Assembly (NCBI GenBank): GCA_951406725.2
Contig: OX597827.1
Span: 81,592,001 to 81,656,000, forward strand
DNA: 64,000 nt
Direction of reading: 5' to 3'
Source of the DNA: Octopus vulgaris
Taxonomy: Eukaryota
Positions 11,950 to 27,717 of the stretch are shown here, piece after piece (the first letter of the stretch is position 1; each line of letters starts with the position of its first letter). Below the pieces are notes generated by a model. The model ran no database searches and had not been told where the DNA came from. It saw only the letters and a program-made list of their open reading frames with translations. The translations under genes were made by a program, and so were the position numbers.

Positions 11950-12968
11950 GACTCATGGTGCGAGATTGGGAGAGTAAGGGAGACAAGGAAGGATTTCATA
12001 GCTGCAGGAGTATGCTTTCATCTGGGCAATATGCGCATTGTGAACTGGGGCATTGTCTTGGTGGAGGGAGACTCCTTTGGTCAGTATGCCACACCTCTCT
12101 GCTTTGGTGGCATCCCACAATTTCTGCAGCAGAGAAGCATAATACGTTCCATTAATTGTGGTGCCCTGTGCCAGAAAATCCAGCATCACTACTCCATGTT
12201 GGTCCCAAAAGACTGTGAGCATTGGACACGAGCCTTCTTTGGAGGTGGTGAGTTATCATACTTCCATTGCTTTGACTGGACTCTAGTCTCAGGATCATAG
12301 TGATGAACCCATGTATTATGCTGTATGATAAGTCTGCTGAAAAAGACCTTCTCAGTTTCTTGGCACATTGCCAAAAGAGCCTGGGAGCAAGTGATCCATT
12401 CTGGCTTCTGAACAGTTGTGAGCATCAAGGGACTCCACTGTGCAGATAATTTCCACGTGTGCAAATAGTTGTGAATGATTTCTTCCCCAGATCCTACACT
12501 TATCTTCACTTCTGGAGCTAGTTACCAAATAGTTTATGGGGCGATCATCCAAAATGGTAGCTTTCACTTTATGGATGATGTTGTCATCAATGGCGGAATA
12601 TGGTCATCCAGGAATAGGAGCAATTTCCACAGATGTCCAACCACGCTTGAACTGGTGATGCCAGTGCTTGACTACGTTGTATGATGGTGCATCGTTACCA
12701 TAAACTTCTCTCATCTCATTGAAAGTCTCTTTTGGTGGATAACCTTTCAAGTATAAGAACCTGAACACTGATCTGCATTCAACTGTCTCTATTATAACAC
12801 CATAGTTCACTTCAGCAGCTGTAAAAGACAAACGAATACTACTGGAAAGCCAATATTCATATTTACAATGTGACATGTAGAGATATGCATGATAAAACCT
12901 GTACAAGTTCTGTTTTCTACAATAACTGGAAGTAGGTCTGGGGAAATCTTTAATGAACACCCCTCATA
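11950..12968 (-). mobile_element. Mariner transposon (irritans-like), 3'-truncated, frameshifted
   Basis: TIR tatgaggggtgttcattaaagatttccc; RSVFRFLYLKG..Y..VKHW, TWVHHYDPETRVQSKQW, MLTVFWDQHGV, LHQDNAPVH, PYSPNLAP. Confidence 0.92.
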
Positions 12969-13042
12969 GGAATATTTTTATTAATATTTAGCCCTTGAGT
13001 CACTCTGTTCCTTCTGTTGAATATTAATAAAAACATACACAC

Positions 13043-13218
13043 ATACAGGCACAGGAATGGCTTTGTGGTAAGTAACTTGCATACCAACCACATGGTTTCA
13101 GGTTCAGTCCCACTGTGTAGTACATTCGGCAAGTGTCTTCCACTATAGCCTCAGGCTGACCAAAGCCTTGTGAGAGGATTTGGTAGATGGAAACTGAAAG
13201 AAGCCCATTGTGTGTGTA

Positions 13219-13220
<2 letters not shown>
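13043..13220 (+). mobile_element. SINE family A, 5' half (interrupted by RTE)
   Basis: Head through gaaactgaaagaagccc; the 3' half resumes at about 14500. Confidence 0.85.
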
Positions 13221-13253
<33 letters not shown>

Positions 13254-13263
<10 letters not shown>

Positions 13264-14495
13264 CCCAGTGTAAGCTATGGACACATAAGAGGTGCAGCAA
13301 TGTCAAAGATAGGCTAACTGGGAAGATAGTTTTTGTATGTGGCAGATGCTCGGGAGCATTGACCTCTGAAAATCTGCAGAAAACAACTTCCGTCACTTTC
13401 CAGGGGGAAAAACTAGAAGTAGTTGATAGCTTCCGTTATCTAGGTGACCAAGTCAGTAGTGGGGGTGGGTGCGCTGAAAGTGTAACTGCTAGAATAAGAA
13501 TAGCCTGGGCAAAGTTTAGGGAGCTCTTACCTCTGCTGGTGACTAAAGGCCTCTCGCTCAGAGTAAAAGGCAGACTGTATGATGCATGTGTACGAACAGC
13601 CATGCTACATGGCAGTGAAACATGGGCCGTGACTGCTGAGGACATGCGTAAGCTCGTGAGGAATGAAGCCAGTATGCTCCGATGGATGTGTAATGTCAGT
13701 GTACTTACTCGACAGAGCGTTAGTACCTTGAGAGAAATGTTGTACCTAAGAAGCATCAGTTGTGGTGTGCAAGAGAGACGATTGCGCTGGTATGGTCATG
13801 TGGCGAGAATGGATGAAGATAGGTGTGTGAGAAAGTGCCAATCCCTAGCAGTTGAGGGAACCCGTGGAAGAGGTAGACCCAGGAAAACCTGGGACGAGGT
13901 GGTGAAGCACGACCTTCAAACTTTAGGCCTCACTAAGGAAATGACTAGCGACCGAGACCTTTGGAAATATGCTGTACGTGAGAAGACCAGGCAGGACAAG
14001 TGAGCCCAGCCCACTTATGCATGCCTTTCCTCCCTTGGACACAAAGACCTGTTGAGGCAAGCAAAGTCGATATAGAACCTCATCCGATGACAGGCACCCA
14101 TGCCAACCCCCTTTGCTTGCGAAGACATGTTGGGGCAAGCGAAATCGAAATCGAATTAAACCAGCCAGGATCCCTGGTCTGGTGGTACGTAAAAAGCACT
14201 ATCCGACTCGTGGCCGATGCCAGCGCCACCTCGACTGGCTTCCGTGCCAGTGGCACGTAAAATACACCAATCCGACCATGGCCGTTGCCAGCCTCGCCTG
14301 GCACCTGTGCAGGTGGCACGTAAAAAGCACCCACTACACTCACAGAGTGGTTGGCGTTAGGAAGGGCATCCAGCTGTAGAAACATTGCCAGATAAGACTG
14401 GAGCCTGGTGCAGCCTCCTGGCTTCCCAGATCCCCGGTCGAACCGTCCAACCCATGCTAGCATGGAGAACGGACGTTAAATGATGATGATGATGA
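13254..14495 (+). mobile_element. 5'-truncated RTE (BovB-like) LINE with intact C-terminal ORF and 3' UTR
   Basis: ORF to 14003: CxxC..W.H..C zinc finger, FRYLG, LHGSETW, RRLRWYGHVARM, RGRGRPRKTW; (GAT)n tail. Confidence 0.95.
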
Positions 14496-14499
14496 TATA

Positions 14500-14716
14500 T
14501 GTATATGCTTGTGTGTCTGTATTTGTCCCCCCACCATTGCTTGACAACCAACGTCAGTGTGTTTACATCCCCGTAACTTAGCAGTTCAGCAAAAGAGACC
14601 GATAGGATAAGTAGTAGGCTTACAAAGAATAAGTCCTGGGGTCGATTTCTTTGACTAAAGGTGGTGATCCGGCATGGCTGTAGTCAAACGACTGAAACAA
14701 GTAAAAGAATGAAAAA
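14500..14716 (+). mobile_element. SINE family A, 3' half
   Basis: gtatttgtccccc...gactgaaacaagtaaaaga. Confidence 0.85.
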
Positions 14717-14730
14717 GAATACAAACATGC

Positions 14731-14763
<33 letters not shown>

Positions 14764-15068
14764 TGCGTGTGTGTATATACATATATATATGTATGTATGT
14801 ACATGTGTGTGTGTGTGTGTGTATATGCAAGTACTGGACAAATTGTCAAAAACTTAGAGTGTTGGATAGGAGGAGTCCACAACAAGGTATTGTTTCTGAG
14901 AAAAATACTTGTGATGACATTGGTGCCAAGCTCCTGTGGCACAAAACATCAGCGTCTCTCTTGGAGAACATCAGTGAAGGGGAGAGAAGGTGATTTTCTT
15001 GCATGGGAAGCTCATTTCTTTTTCACAAATCTTTCCCAGACCCACATTTACATATACATCCTACATTT

Positions 15069-15115
<47 letters not shown>

Positions 15116-15162
15116 ACATGTATGTATATAAGTATGCATGTATGTATGTGTATGTGTGTATA

Positions 15163-15210
<48 letters not shown>

Positions 15211-16050
15211 CATGTATATATACACATATGCATGTCTGTGTACGTATACACCTATATGCATATAAATATATATACATATTTATGTATATATATGTATACA
15301 TATATACATGTATATATATACAAATATATATATTATTTCATAGCCATAAACAAAAACATATACATATGTTTGTGTGAATCTGTATGTGTGTGTGTCTGAA
15401 TTGAATAGTGTGAAATATGTCTGTGTGTTTGTGTTTTTGCATAAATCCTATATTCTCTATGCAAGTTATTGAATTTCTTTTCTTAAGCATGCAAGAAAGA
15501 CTATTTTGGTGAGAAAGAAGCAAATGAAAGGAGTGAACTCTTGTCATTAGCCAAATAATTCAAGAATATGTCATGTTGGAGTAAAAGAGACATCTACATA
15601 GGGACAACACATAACTCAAGTGGAAATGTTGTCAATCCCCACCCCACAAACAGACCCCCCACACACACACACATAAGCATATATGAAGGATGTATGTTAG
15701 TCTGCGTATGAGATAATTTATACAAGTAAGAGAAATAAAACACAACACATAAAAGAGAGAAGTGATTTTATTTGTAGCCAATAAGCTACATCAGAGATTG
15801 AAAGGTTGTCTACCACAGCACTTGTGAAGTACCCTGGGACTCAACTCTAGGCTCCTGAGTCACTGATGTATCTTCTCAGAAACATAACGATATGTACATA
15901 CATAACATTTAGATACAAACATCCATCCATCTAACTGGCTCTCTGTCCATCTGTCCACCCACCTACCCATGTATTTATGTGTGTATGTATGTATCTATCT
16001 ATCATCTATCTATCTATCATCTATCTATCTGTCAATCTACTATCTATCTG

Positions 16051-16121
<71 letters not shown>

Positions 16122-16914
16122 GTCTCTATACAGAAGGAGAAAATAGATGGATGGGTGTATCATCATCATTTAACATCCGTTGTCCATGCTCGCATGGGTT
16201 CGACAGTTTCACCAGAGCTGCACCAAATTCCAATTGTCTGATTTGGCATGATTTCTATGACTGGATGCCCTTCTTGATGCCGTGGTTGGTTGTTCATAAA
16301 TCTGGACAAAAAAGCAGACTCTAAAAAATGCTTAGAGCAGTACTATTTTATGTGGCCATTGGTTATGGCTGATCATGAAATCCAAGGGAACTATAAGGGA
16401 AGGAAAGGTTCATGATACTGGTAGAGTATCACCTTCTCTCATTATAATTATTTTCTATCTTAAGGATCTGGGAAGGCGGAAGAAGAAGCTTACGAGGGGA
16501 TGAAATTCAATAGTCATTTATTGTGATTCCCGATCTTGTGTCCCATTCTCGGCGTCCATCTTCATGGCAGCTCATGACTTGTCGTATCTCCATTCAGGTG
16601 AGGTACATCACCTCTGGAAAATAACATATGTGGTTAGAGCGGGTTAGTGTTCGCTGTAGCTGCCTGCTTCATATTGTCCCTCAGGGTAAGTGAGCTGCAG
16701 AAGACTAAGAGGTTGAACGTCTTTCGCACCTGCTTAAGAAGCTGTTGTCGATGAGAGTCTCGTTGTGGGTGTTGCACATGGCAAACGGTTGTATGTGAGA
16801 CTTTGCTTGTGTCTTGGACAAGATAATGGCTGCCAACAAGATCTCGTACAAAATGGCACTGGCTACTTGTGCCACGCTACACAACTTTCTCACTGGTCAT
16901 AACCAATGATAACA

Positions 16915-17320
16915 TTGGTATGGCTGTGTGGTAAGAGCCTTACTTTCCAACCACATGGTTCTGAGCTCAATCCCATTACATGGCACATTGGACAAGTGAT
17001 TTCTTCTATAGACTGAGGCCAACCAAAGCCTAGTAGGTAGATTCCGTGGACAGAAACTGAAAGAAGCATGTTGTACATATTTATATAGATATGTATATAT
17101 ATATTTATGTGTGTGTGTGTGTGTATTTACCCACGACCACCACTGCTTGACAACCAGTGTTAATGTGTTTATATCCGTCTAACTTAGTGGTTTGGCAATA
17201 GAGACAGACAGAATATGTACCAAGCTGGAAAAATAAAATATGGCAGTTTGTTTGATTGAAATTCTTCAAGGTGGCACTCCAGCATGGCCACTTTCTAATG
17301 ACAGAAACATGTAACAGAAA
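16915..17320 (+). mobile_element. SINE family A, diverged
   Basis: Homology across head, body and tail. Confidence 0.75.
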
Positions 17321-17336
17321 ATGTGTGCATGTGTGT

Positions 17337-17381
<45 letters not shown>

Positions 17382-18289
17382 ATCCAACTGGAATTTGGTT
17401 CCATCAGTCGTTTAGTCAAATGCAAATGTCAGCTGATTGAATAAAATATTTCTTTCTTAGTCTGTTGGTATTATGTAATCTAATTCAATAATCCACTTTA
17501 CCTTTACATATGACAAACACACACACACAAACTCACATGCACGCACAGACATACACTTGTGCATTGATATGCAGATATCTGCACCTGAATACATGTTGTG
17601 CTGTATCAAACATATATATATACATTTGTGTGCATATATCTGCACCTATAGACATTTAATGCTTATTCAAATACACACACACACACGTATTGATATGCAT
17701 ATATCTGTTGAGAGAATATGGTGCTGAATCAAAGACAATCACGCACACATGCACACACTCTCACATGTACCCGCTGAGCGATACATGCTGTCTGGCATGT
17801 ATATCTCCTGTAGCGCTGTACCAACTGTAGTGTTTATAGGCATGTCTGGGAAGCAGACAAATAAATAGAAACAGCATTGATTACTTCCCCTTCTCCTTGT
17901 TATCTCCTCCCTCCCTCCAATGACAGTCCACTGTCAAAAGGATATCGCATGCTATATGCAGAATATAATCACATTACATAGCACCCGTCACTCATTCCTT
18001 GCACTAAAACTGATGAAGATGGTGAGGTGTCTGGGTGTATATAGGGGGGGTGAACATATGGTCTTGCCATCTGGTATTGTGTGTGTGTTCATATATATAT
18101 GTATGTATGTATATGTGTGTATTGTATAGGAGTGTATATGTTGGTGTGTTCATATGTGTAAGTTTGTAATCTGTATATCTTAACTGGTGACTACACACAC
18201 ACATACATACACATACACACACACACAGATGATGTATATCGATATATCAATATGAATTTCATATCTATCTATCTACCAACATATGTTTA

Positions 18290-19163
18290 TGTAGGTATAT
18301 ATATATGTGTGTGTGTGTGTATATAATACTTATATATATTGATACATATATACATATGAAGATCACAAACTCACAACATTCATAATAAACTATAGATATA
18401 TAATTATATGTATACACACATATATATATATATACACACATATATACAAAAACAAACATATATTTTATATATATATATATACACACACATATATATACAT
18501 ATATATATTGACATATATATATATACACATATATATACACACACACATATATATATATATACAGACACATATACATATATATACACACACACCCATATAC
18601 ACACATGCATACATATATACATATACATACACATATACATACATATATACATATACATGCATATAAATATATATACATATACACATATATACATATACAC
18701 ATACATATATATATACATATATATATACACATACATATATATATACACATACATACATATATATATATACATATATATACATATATATACATATGCCCAT
18801 ATATATACATATACACATATATATATACATATACACATATATATATACATATACACATATATATACATATACACATATATATATACATATACACATATAT
18901 ATATATACATATACACATATATATATACATATACATATATATACATATACATATGCACATATATATATATATACATATACACATATATATACATATACAC
19001 ATATATAGATACATATATATATATATACATACATATATACATACATATATATATACATATATATATACATATATATATATACATATATATATACATACAT
19101 ATATATATACATATATACATACACATATATATACATATATATATATACATATATATACATATA
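18290..19163. repeat. Compound (TA)/(CA) microsatellite
   Basis: Degenerate TATACA/TA repeats. Confidence 0.95.
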
Positions 19164-19920
19164 TGAGCAATGATGCATCTTTCCAAGTGCATATTGCTAA
19201 TCTGGTGATAAAATGCAGACGGCTAGCTGGATGGATTCTCCGAACTTTCAGAACAAGAGAGAAGGAGACACTGATGGTCCTATGGAAAACATTCGTCCTC
19301 AGGCGCTTGGACTACTGCTCCCAACTGTGGTCACCACACAATATAAAACTAACAGCAGAACTCGAAGCAATTCAGAGAAGCTACACAAAGAAAATCGTCT
19401 CAATGCAAAATATCAGCTACTGGGAAAGACTGAAGGTATTAAACCTCTTCTCCCTAGAGCGGAGGCGGGAGAGATATGCGGTGATATACATCTGGAAAAT
19501 CCTGGAGGTTCTTGTCCCGAACTTTGGCATTCAAAGTTACCCCAAGCGCAGAACGGGGCGCCACTGCATGGTGCCAAGGATTCCAACATCACCATCAAAA
19601 TACAGGTCCAGATACTGCAACAGCTTGGGTTTCAGAGGACCATAGCTCTTTAACATCCTCCCTAAATGCCTGAGAGACTTACATGGTGTGGATGTGGGTT
19701 TCTTTAAAACTAAACTGGATCTCTTCTTGTCGGGAGTCCCAGATGAACTTACCTCACGACAGGGGACGCGGATGCGGGCAGCAGCATCGAACTCCCTTGT
19801 TGATCAAGTGCCACGTATCAGAGGTGGATTCACAAGTTAGTGTAGCTCATTCAGCAGTGGTGCCCCAGCATGGCTGCGGCCTTTGGGCTAAAACATTTTA
19901 AAGGATTAAAGGATAAAGGA
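19164..19920 (+). mobile_element. CR1/L2-group LINE, 3' end
   Basis: WILRTFRTR...[45 protein letters not shown]; short repeated tail (aaggat). Confidence 0.9.
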
Positions 19921-19993
19921 TACATATATATATATACATATATACATACATATATATTTACATATACATACATATATATAGATACATATATAT

Positions 19994-20812
<819 letters not shown>

Positions 20813-21899
20813 ATATATACATCATCATATATATATACATACATATATCTTGATATATATATGCATGTGTGTATATGTTCATATGTTAGATATATTCTGT
20901 GTGCGGGATTAGTAATGTCATGTGTGTATATGTCTATATATTTTATGTATATGTACAAATGCCCATATGTAAGTGTGCATGTATGTGTGAAACTGTGGAA
21001 AATAAAGAGATAGAAAGAGAAATAGAGAGTGCCAGAAAAGAGGGAGGGACAGAGATAGATATAGAAAGGGAGGGACGAAAGTAATATTTTGAATTACACA
21101 TCTATCACATGTTTGCAGACACACACACATATATATATATACATCAAAGACATACATTCAAACATTTATACACACACACACACATATATACACTTAGACA
21201 TACACACAGCATCATCATCATAATTTAATACATATTCATACTTGCATATACATATATATATACATATATATATATACATATATATATACATATATATATA
21301 TATACACACATATATATATATATGTATACATACACACATACAGACATGCTGACATGTAGAGAAGAAGAAAGCACGAAGGGAAGAAAGAAAGAATGATAAA
21401 AAAGAAAGAAAAGTGGTATAATACATTAGAAGATGACCATCACATTTATGTATACATACGTATAGATACCTGATTATACACACACACATATGTATGGATA
21501 TATACATGTACACATACACACTTGCATAGATTTATACATATACAGATATATATATGATATATTTATGTATGTATATACATGTGTCTGTATGTATGTATAT
21601 GTGGATATATATACATACATACACACATATTTATCTATATATATATGTATGCATATGTACATACATGTGTCTCATTTCCTTATACATGTATAATCACATG
21701 TATACATGTAGAAAGGAAAATCAGCAAGATGTAGTGTATTAACTGGTTGACCACATGTATGTATACACACATGTATACATACATGTGGTCAGCCAGTTAA
21801 TACATTCATGCACTCCTCCACATATATATATGCATGTTAATTGATGTACTTGCATATATATATATACATATATATACATATGTATATATACATATATAA

Positions 21900-21939
<40 letters not shown>

Positions 21940-23224
21940 GTATATATACATATATAAATACATATATATATACATACATGTATATATACATATATAAATA
22001 CATATATATATACATACATGTATATACACATATATATATACATATATATATATACACAGATATGCACTTGATGCATAAGTACATGCACATAAACATGTAT
22101 TTATAATATATATGCATCAGCATTTTTCACCAATATGCAGATACACACATACACACGCACATATACACATACTTGTGCTGTGGCTTCCACACATGCTCAC
22201 ATGCACTGATCTGACACACACACACACACGCACACACAGACACACTGACACACACACACAGATATCTGGCTGTCTAGACAGACACACGAACACACAGTCA
22301 CAGAGATTATGGCAACTGTTCCTGCCATCGCAGTCGGACAGTGACACACACACACACACACCTATATACACACATGCAAGCATATCCTAGCACACATGTA
22401 TATCCAAGCACACAAACGTACACACATGTACATGTGTATCCAAATGCATATGGATACACACACATAAACTCTCACATGTATGCATGTGTTAGAGAACATG
22501 TACATCCAAATGCTTACAAATTACACGCTCACAGAAATATACACACAACACACAGTCAGAATTGTATATCCACACACACAGACATATATATATATGGAAA
22601 CCTACACATACACAGACACACATGCGCATACATATCTGTATGGACAATCATAAGACATGAAAATCCAAGCCCAGAATACATGCATACACACAGGCAGATA
22701 TGCTATTCAGGCCTACACACTGACATGCTCCTACACATTCACAAATACAAGCAAACACACACACTCTCCCTCTCTCTCACACACACACAGACTACAGCTG
22801 ATTCTACCCCCTCCCCTGGCCACAGATCAATATACAAATACATTCACAGACATGCATATACAAGCACATGGACATGCATGTATATATGCACACATATTCA
22901 CATGTTGAAGTGCATACATACACATATACATACATATTACATTCATGTATATGCAGCTGACGCACATATAAACAAAGATATATACACACGTGTGTGTGTA
23001 GACACATGTATACACGCAGACATGTATTATTAACACACACATATATGTGTATCTGTATACAGCTGATACACATACATACATGCATATAACTGATACATAT
23101 ATACACAGTCATACACATGGCACATGTATATACATACCTATACGCATACATACTTTACAGACACACACATTCACAGACGTGCAAACATACACATATGTAT
23201 ATCTAAAGATACACACACACATAC

Positions 23225-23271
<47 letters not shown>

Positions 23272-23560
23272 CACATACATAAATATATATATACATACAT
23301 AAACATGGATATACACACACCTATACTCACAGATACATGTACAAATAAACACATGTATACACAAACACAGACACACACATGCATATACACAGACACATGT
23401 ATATACACACTCATACATACACTGACACGCACACATACACACACGGGTCCAGACAGAAAGAGGGAAAGAATCAACAGTAGAGGCATGTAGTTCCGTGTCT
23501 ATACTAGTAGTAGTAGTAGTAGTAGTAGAGGTGGTGGTGGTAGTAGTTACATCAGTGATA

Positions 23561-23598
<38 letters not shown>

Positions 23599-23869
23599 TG
23601 AGAGAGAGAAAAGGTGTGTATATGCGTGTGGTATATGTGTGTGTGTGTGTGTATAGCATCAACAACACATCATGGAAGATGACATAGATAAGGTGAGTTT
23701 TCTCTTCTCTCTTCTTATTGTATATATAAATATACACACATGAGTATATATATATACACATATATATATAAATAAATAGATATATTTATATATATATTAT
23801 ATATATATATATACATATATATATATTATATATACATACATATATACAACCATATATGTATATATATAT

Positions 23870-23914
<45 letters not shown>

Positions 23915-26479
23915 CATTTAAAAAGCTATATATATACATGCATAAGCTATACAATTTGCCTGTTGGTATATCTCTTTGTCAGCTCCTAACTTCTGTCTAT
24001 CTGTCTTTCTTCTCTTTATCCATCTGTCTATCTTTTATTCTCTGTCTCTCTCTCTCTCTCTCTCTCTCATAACACTTTCTTTGTGTCTTCACTTGCTCTG
24101 TCCCATCATCTCTGTCTCTCTCTGTCTTTGTCTCTGTCTATCTAGCTCACGGCTTTTCATCTCTTTCTATCTGTCTATCAACATATCTATCTATCCGTCT
24201 ATCTATCAACCTGTCTATTTCTTTTTGTCTGTGTATTTGTCCAACAGTCTATCTCTATCTATCTATCCATCCATGTCTGTCTATCTGTATGTCTGTTTAA
24301 CTACCAATCTATCTATCTATCTCACCAGCTGTCAGTCTGTCTGTCTATTTGTCCATCAGTCTATCTATCTATCTATCTACATAAATATATATATATGGAC
24401 ACACACAAAATATATACATGTAAATGTATGTTTATATATATATATATATATATATATGTATCTGTCAACCTGTTCCTGTTTGTCTATCTGTCATTCTACC
24501 TGTCTATCTATAAATTACATACACACACAAATGTACATATACATATATATCCAATTGTTGGCCTACCATCCTTGCTAGATCAGGCTGTTATACTTCACAA
24601 ATACAATCATGTCATACACTAATGCTCACACAATCATATATCTATCTACCAATATGTGTGTGTGTGTGTGTGTGTGTGTTAGTGTGTGCTTGTCTGTCAC
24701 CTTAACAATGTGTTAGTGACTTTTCTTGAAAGTCACTCTCTTTATGACTTCTCTCTGTCTTTCTCTCCCTATTTCTCTCAATGCACACACATTTATCTAT
24801 CTGTCTGTCTATCTATGTATGTCTATCTACCTGTCTGTCTATCTATCTATCTATCTGTCTATCTATCTATCTATCTGTCTATCTATCTATGTGCCTATCT
24901 ATCTGTCTGTCTATCTGTGTCTATCCGTCTGTCTATCTATGTGTCTGTCTGTCTATCTGTGTGTCTATCTGTCTATCTATTTGTCTATCTATCTGTCTGT
25001 CTATCTATGTGTCTATCTGTCTGTCTATCTATCTACCTAGCTTTGTGTCTGTTTCGTCTGTCTGTCTCTATCTATCTATCTATTTGTCTATACATCTATC
25101 TTTTCTTGAAAGTCACTCACCACAACAACAACAACAACACCAATAGCAATAACTATTCTAAACCTTAAAGCACAAAAGAGAAAGACAGCTGTCACCCCAC
25201 CCTCCCCTGAGCCATACATCCACCACCACCTACAACCACCTTCACTAACAATACTAAAGCACCACCAACAATACCTATACAGTCGCCACTAGCAAAAATA
25301 CCCACTACTTCTTTAGCCAAACACCACAACTATAACCAAAACTGCTATCACAGCACTACTACAACACTACCACATTGATGATACCACTGCCAACACTACA
25401 GCCGTTGCTATCTCTTCAGTAACACTACCATCTTTGTTTCCAACACAAGCTACCACCTCACTGTCAACACAACTACCACAGCCAATACTACAAAAGACAC
25501 CACTACCACCACACTAATGGTTCCACTAAGACCATTAGCAACACCATGACCACTTCTGCTAACTCCAATGCTACCACTGCTAATACCACCATCGCTGCCA
25601 CTGCCAGTACCAACTTCCCTACCACTGCTAACAGCACTACAACTACAACCATATCTATCATCAACATAAGCAACATCTTCACTACTAACACCACTGCTAC
25701 CAATACCGTTAACCCCAATCATCCCAACAAACACCACCACCACCACCACAATCACCACCATCGTGACAATCATCATGACCACCACCGCCACCATTATCAT
25801 CACCACCACCATAACCAACAGTAGTACTACTATTACCAACAACACAACTACCACCACAGCTACAACACCACTGGCAACTATTTTCTTTTCTTACTCTCAG
25901 GGCAGATAAAAATCATGTACCAGTCATGTACTGGGGGATCAATTACATCAAAAGTTCCTTCCTCCTAAGAAATCATTAAAGGATTGAGGAGAGATACCTT
26001 CCTCTTCAGTGAAGCCCTCATCAGATCTTCCAAGTACCACTTGGAAAAGAAAGTGAGTGTGAGTGGAGAAGTACCCTCCCCACCCCAGTGAATTTATCGA
26101 AAAATGGGAGGTTGGCAAAAATGGTTAGGGGTGAATGGAATTACACTAAGCATGTGCTTAGAGATTGGGGAACAGCAATTGGGCAAGTGAGGGCTTATGC
26201 CCCCAATCGTGAGGGTGTCCTTAGGCCTGTGAGATTCTTTGCTTGGCCCTTGTTAGAATCTCTCCAGCACCAGGAAGACAGTACCCATAAATGGATTCAC
26301 ATATTTTGCATAATTTTTATCTTGCCCCACTCCTCTCTTTTTCTTCTCTTCATAATTCTAGGTGAATCCCCCACCCACTCCAAATTAGAAACTATCCCTG
26401 TAAAGCTTCTCTCATCAGATGCCCCAGTGGCAAAGAAAATAAGTCATCACCATCATCATCATTATTATCATCATTGACA

Positions 26480-27155
26480 GATAAGTGGATTAGCAGAATC
26501 CTTAATCTCAGGCAAAATGCTTAACAGCCTATCTTTCTGCCTCTTTATGTTCTGAGTTCAAATCCCGCCAAAGTCAGCTTCACCTCTTATCCTTTCAGAG
26601 TCAATAAATCAATTTCTTACCAACGCTGGGATTCATGTAAATAACTTGCCCCTTACCCCTAAAATTGCTAGCTTTGTGCCAAAATTTGAAAGAATTATTA
26701 TTATTATTATTGTTGTTGTTTGTTATAAAGGTGTCGAGCTGGCAGAATCGTTAGCACGCTGGATGAAATACTTAGCAGTATTTTGTCCATTGCTACATTC
26801 TGAGTTCAAATTCTGCTGAGGTCAGTTTTGCCTTTCATCCTTTTGGGGTCGATGTAATCAACTATCACCCTCCCCCAAAGTTCAGGCTTTGTGCCTATAG
26901 TACAAAGGATTATTATCATTATTATTACTATTTTTCGGGGGTGGCAAGCTGTCAGAATTGTTAACACATTGGGCAAAATGCTTATCAGCATTTGCCTCAT
27001 CTTTATGATCTGAGTTCAAATTCTGTCTACGTTGACATTGCCCTTCATCCTTTAATAAAATAAGTACCAGTTGAGCACTGGGGTTGATGTAGTCAACTTA
27101 CCCCCTCCTCCAATATTGCTGGTCTTATACCAAAATCTGAAACTATTATTATTAT
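26480..27155 (+). mobile_element. Three tandem SINE family B copies
   Basis: Units start at about 26480, 26730 and 26938; each ends in (TTA)n. Confidence 0.8.
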
Positions 27156-27717
27156 TTAACAGAACACAGGACTAGGAGAATCGGTTGTATACCTTGGTGG
27201 TACTTTGACATACGCCTTTGTGTTCTAAGTTCAAACCATACTTGTCATTCTTGCAAATAGGTGCAAGGGTAGATTTTAATGAACCATATTCTCCTTGCCA
27301 TGCACACAGGGATGTAGTGGGGACAAGTATACCCTTTAAAATTTAGTAGGGGTGGGGAATGAAAACACTTTGAAAATCCCGAGTTGGTCCTGGGTCGCAC
27401 CCCTTAAGCAAATTTCATTCCTTTACTTATGTACACACATACCAACCTATTTAAGGCCTTATGCTTCTATTAATAATTATTACAAATGTTTTTAATTCAT
27501 GCTTTTAATTTCATATTTTATTATTTGCTTGTTTTTTCCTTATTTTTCTTTTTGTAAAATTCCCAACATCACATCTTTGTGTGAAATATGTTTTAGATAT
27601 ATATAGGAAAAATAGTTGAAAATGCACTGAGAATAATTAAAATATTTATTATTATTATTATATTTAATGCTTTAACCGGTTTCACAATTTACACTGTATA
27701 TATAAATATATATATAA

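Noticed and set aside
18265-19192. Long Y/I/M/C/H-rich ORFs (also at 14.7-15.4, 20-25 and 56.8-57.1 kb)
   Set aside because: Translations of (TA)/(CA)/(TATC) microsatellites.
25190-25870. Thr/His-rich mucin-like ORF (also 51678-52013 and 62894-63118)
   Set aside because: Degenerate trinucleotide low-complexity sequence without supporting gene structure.
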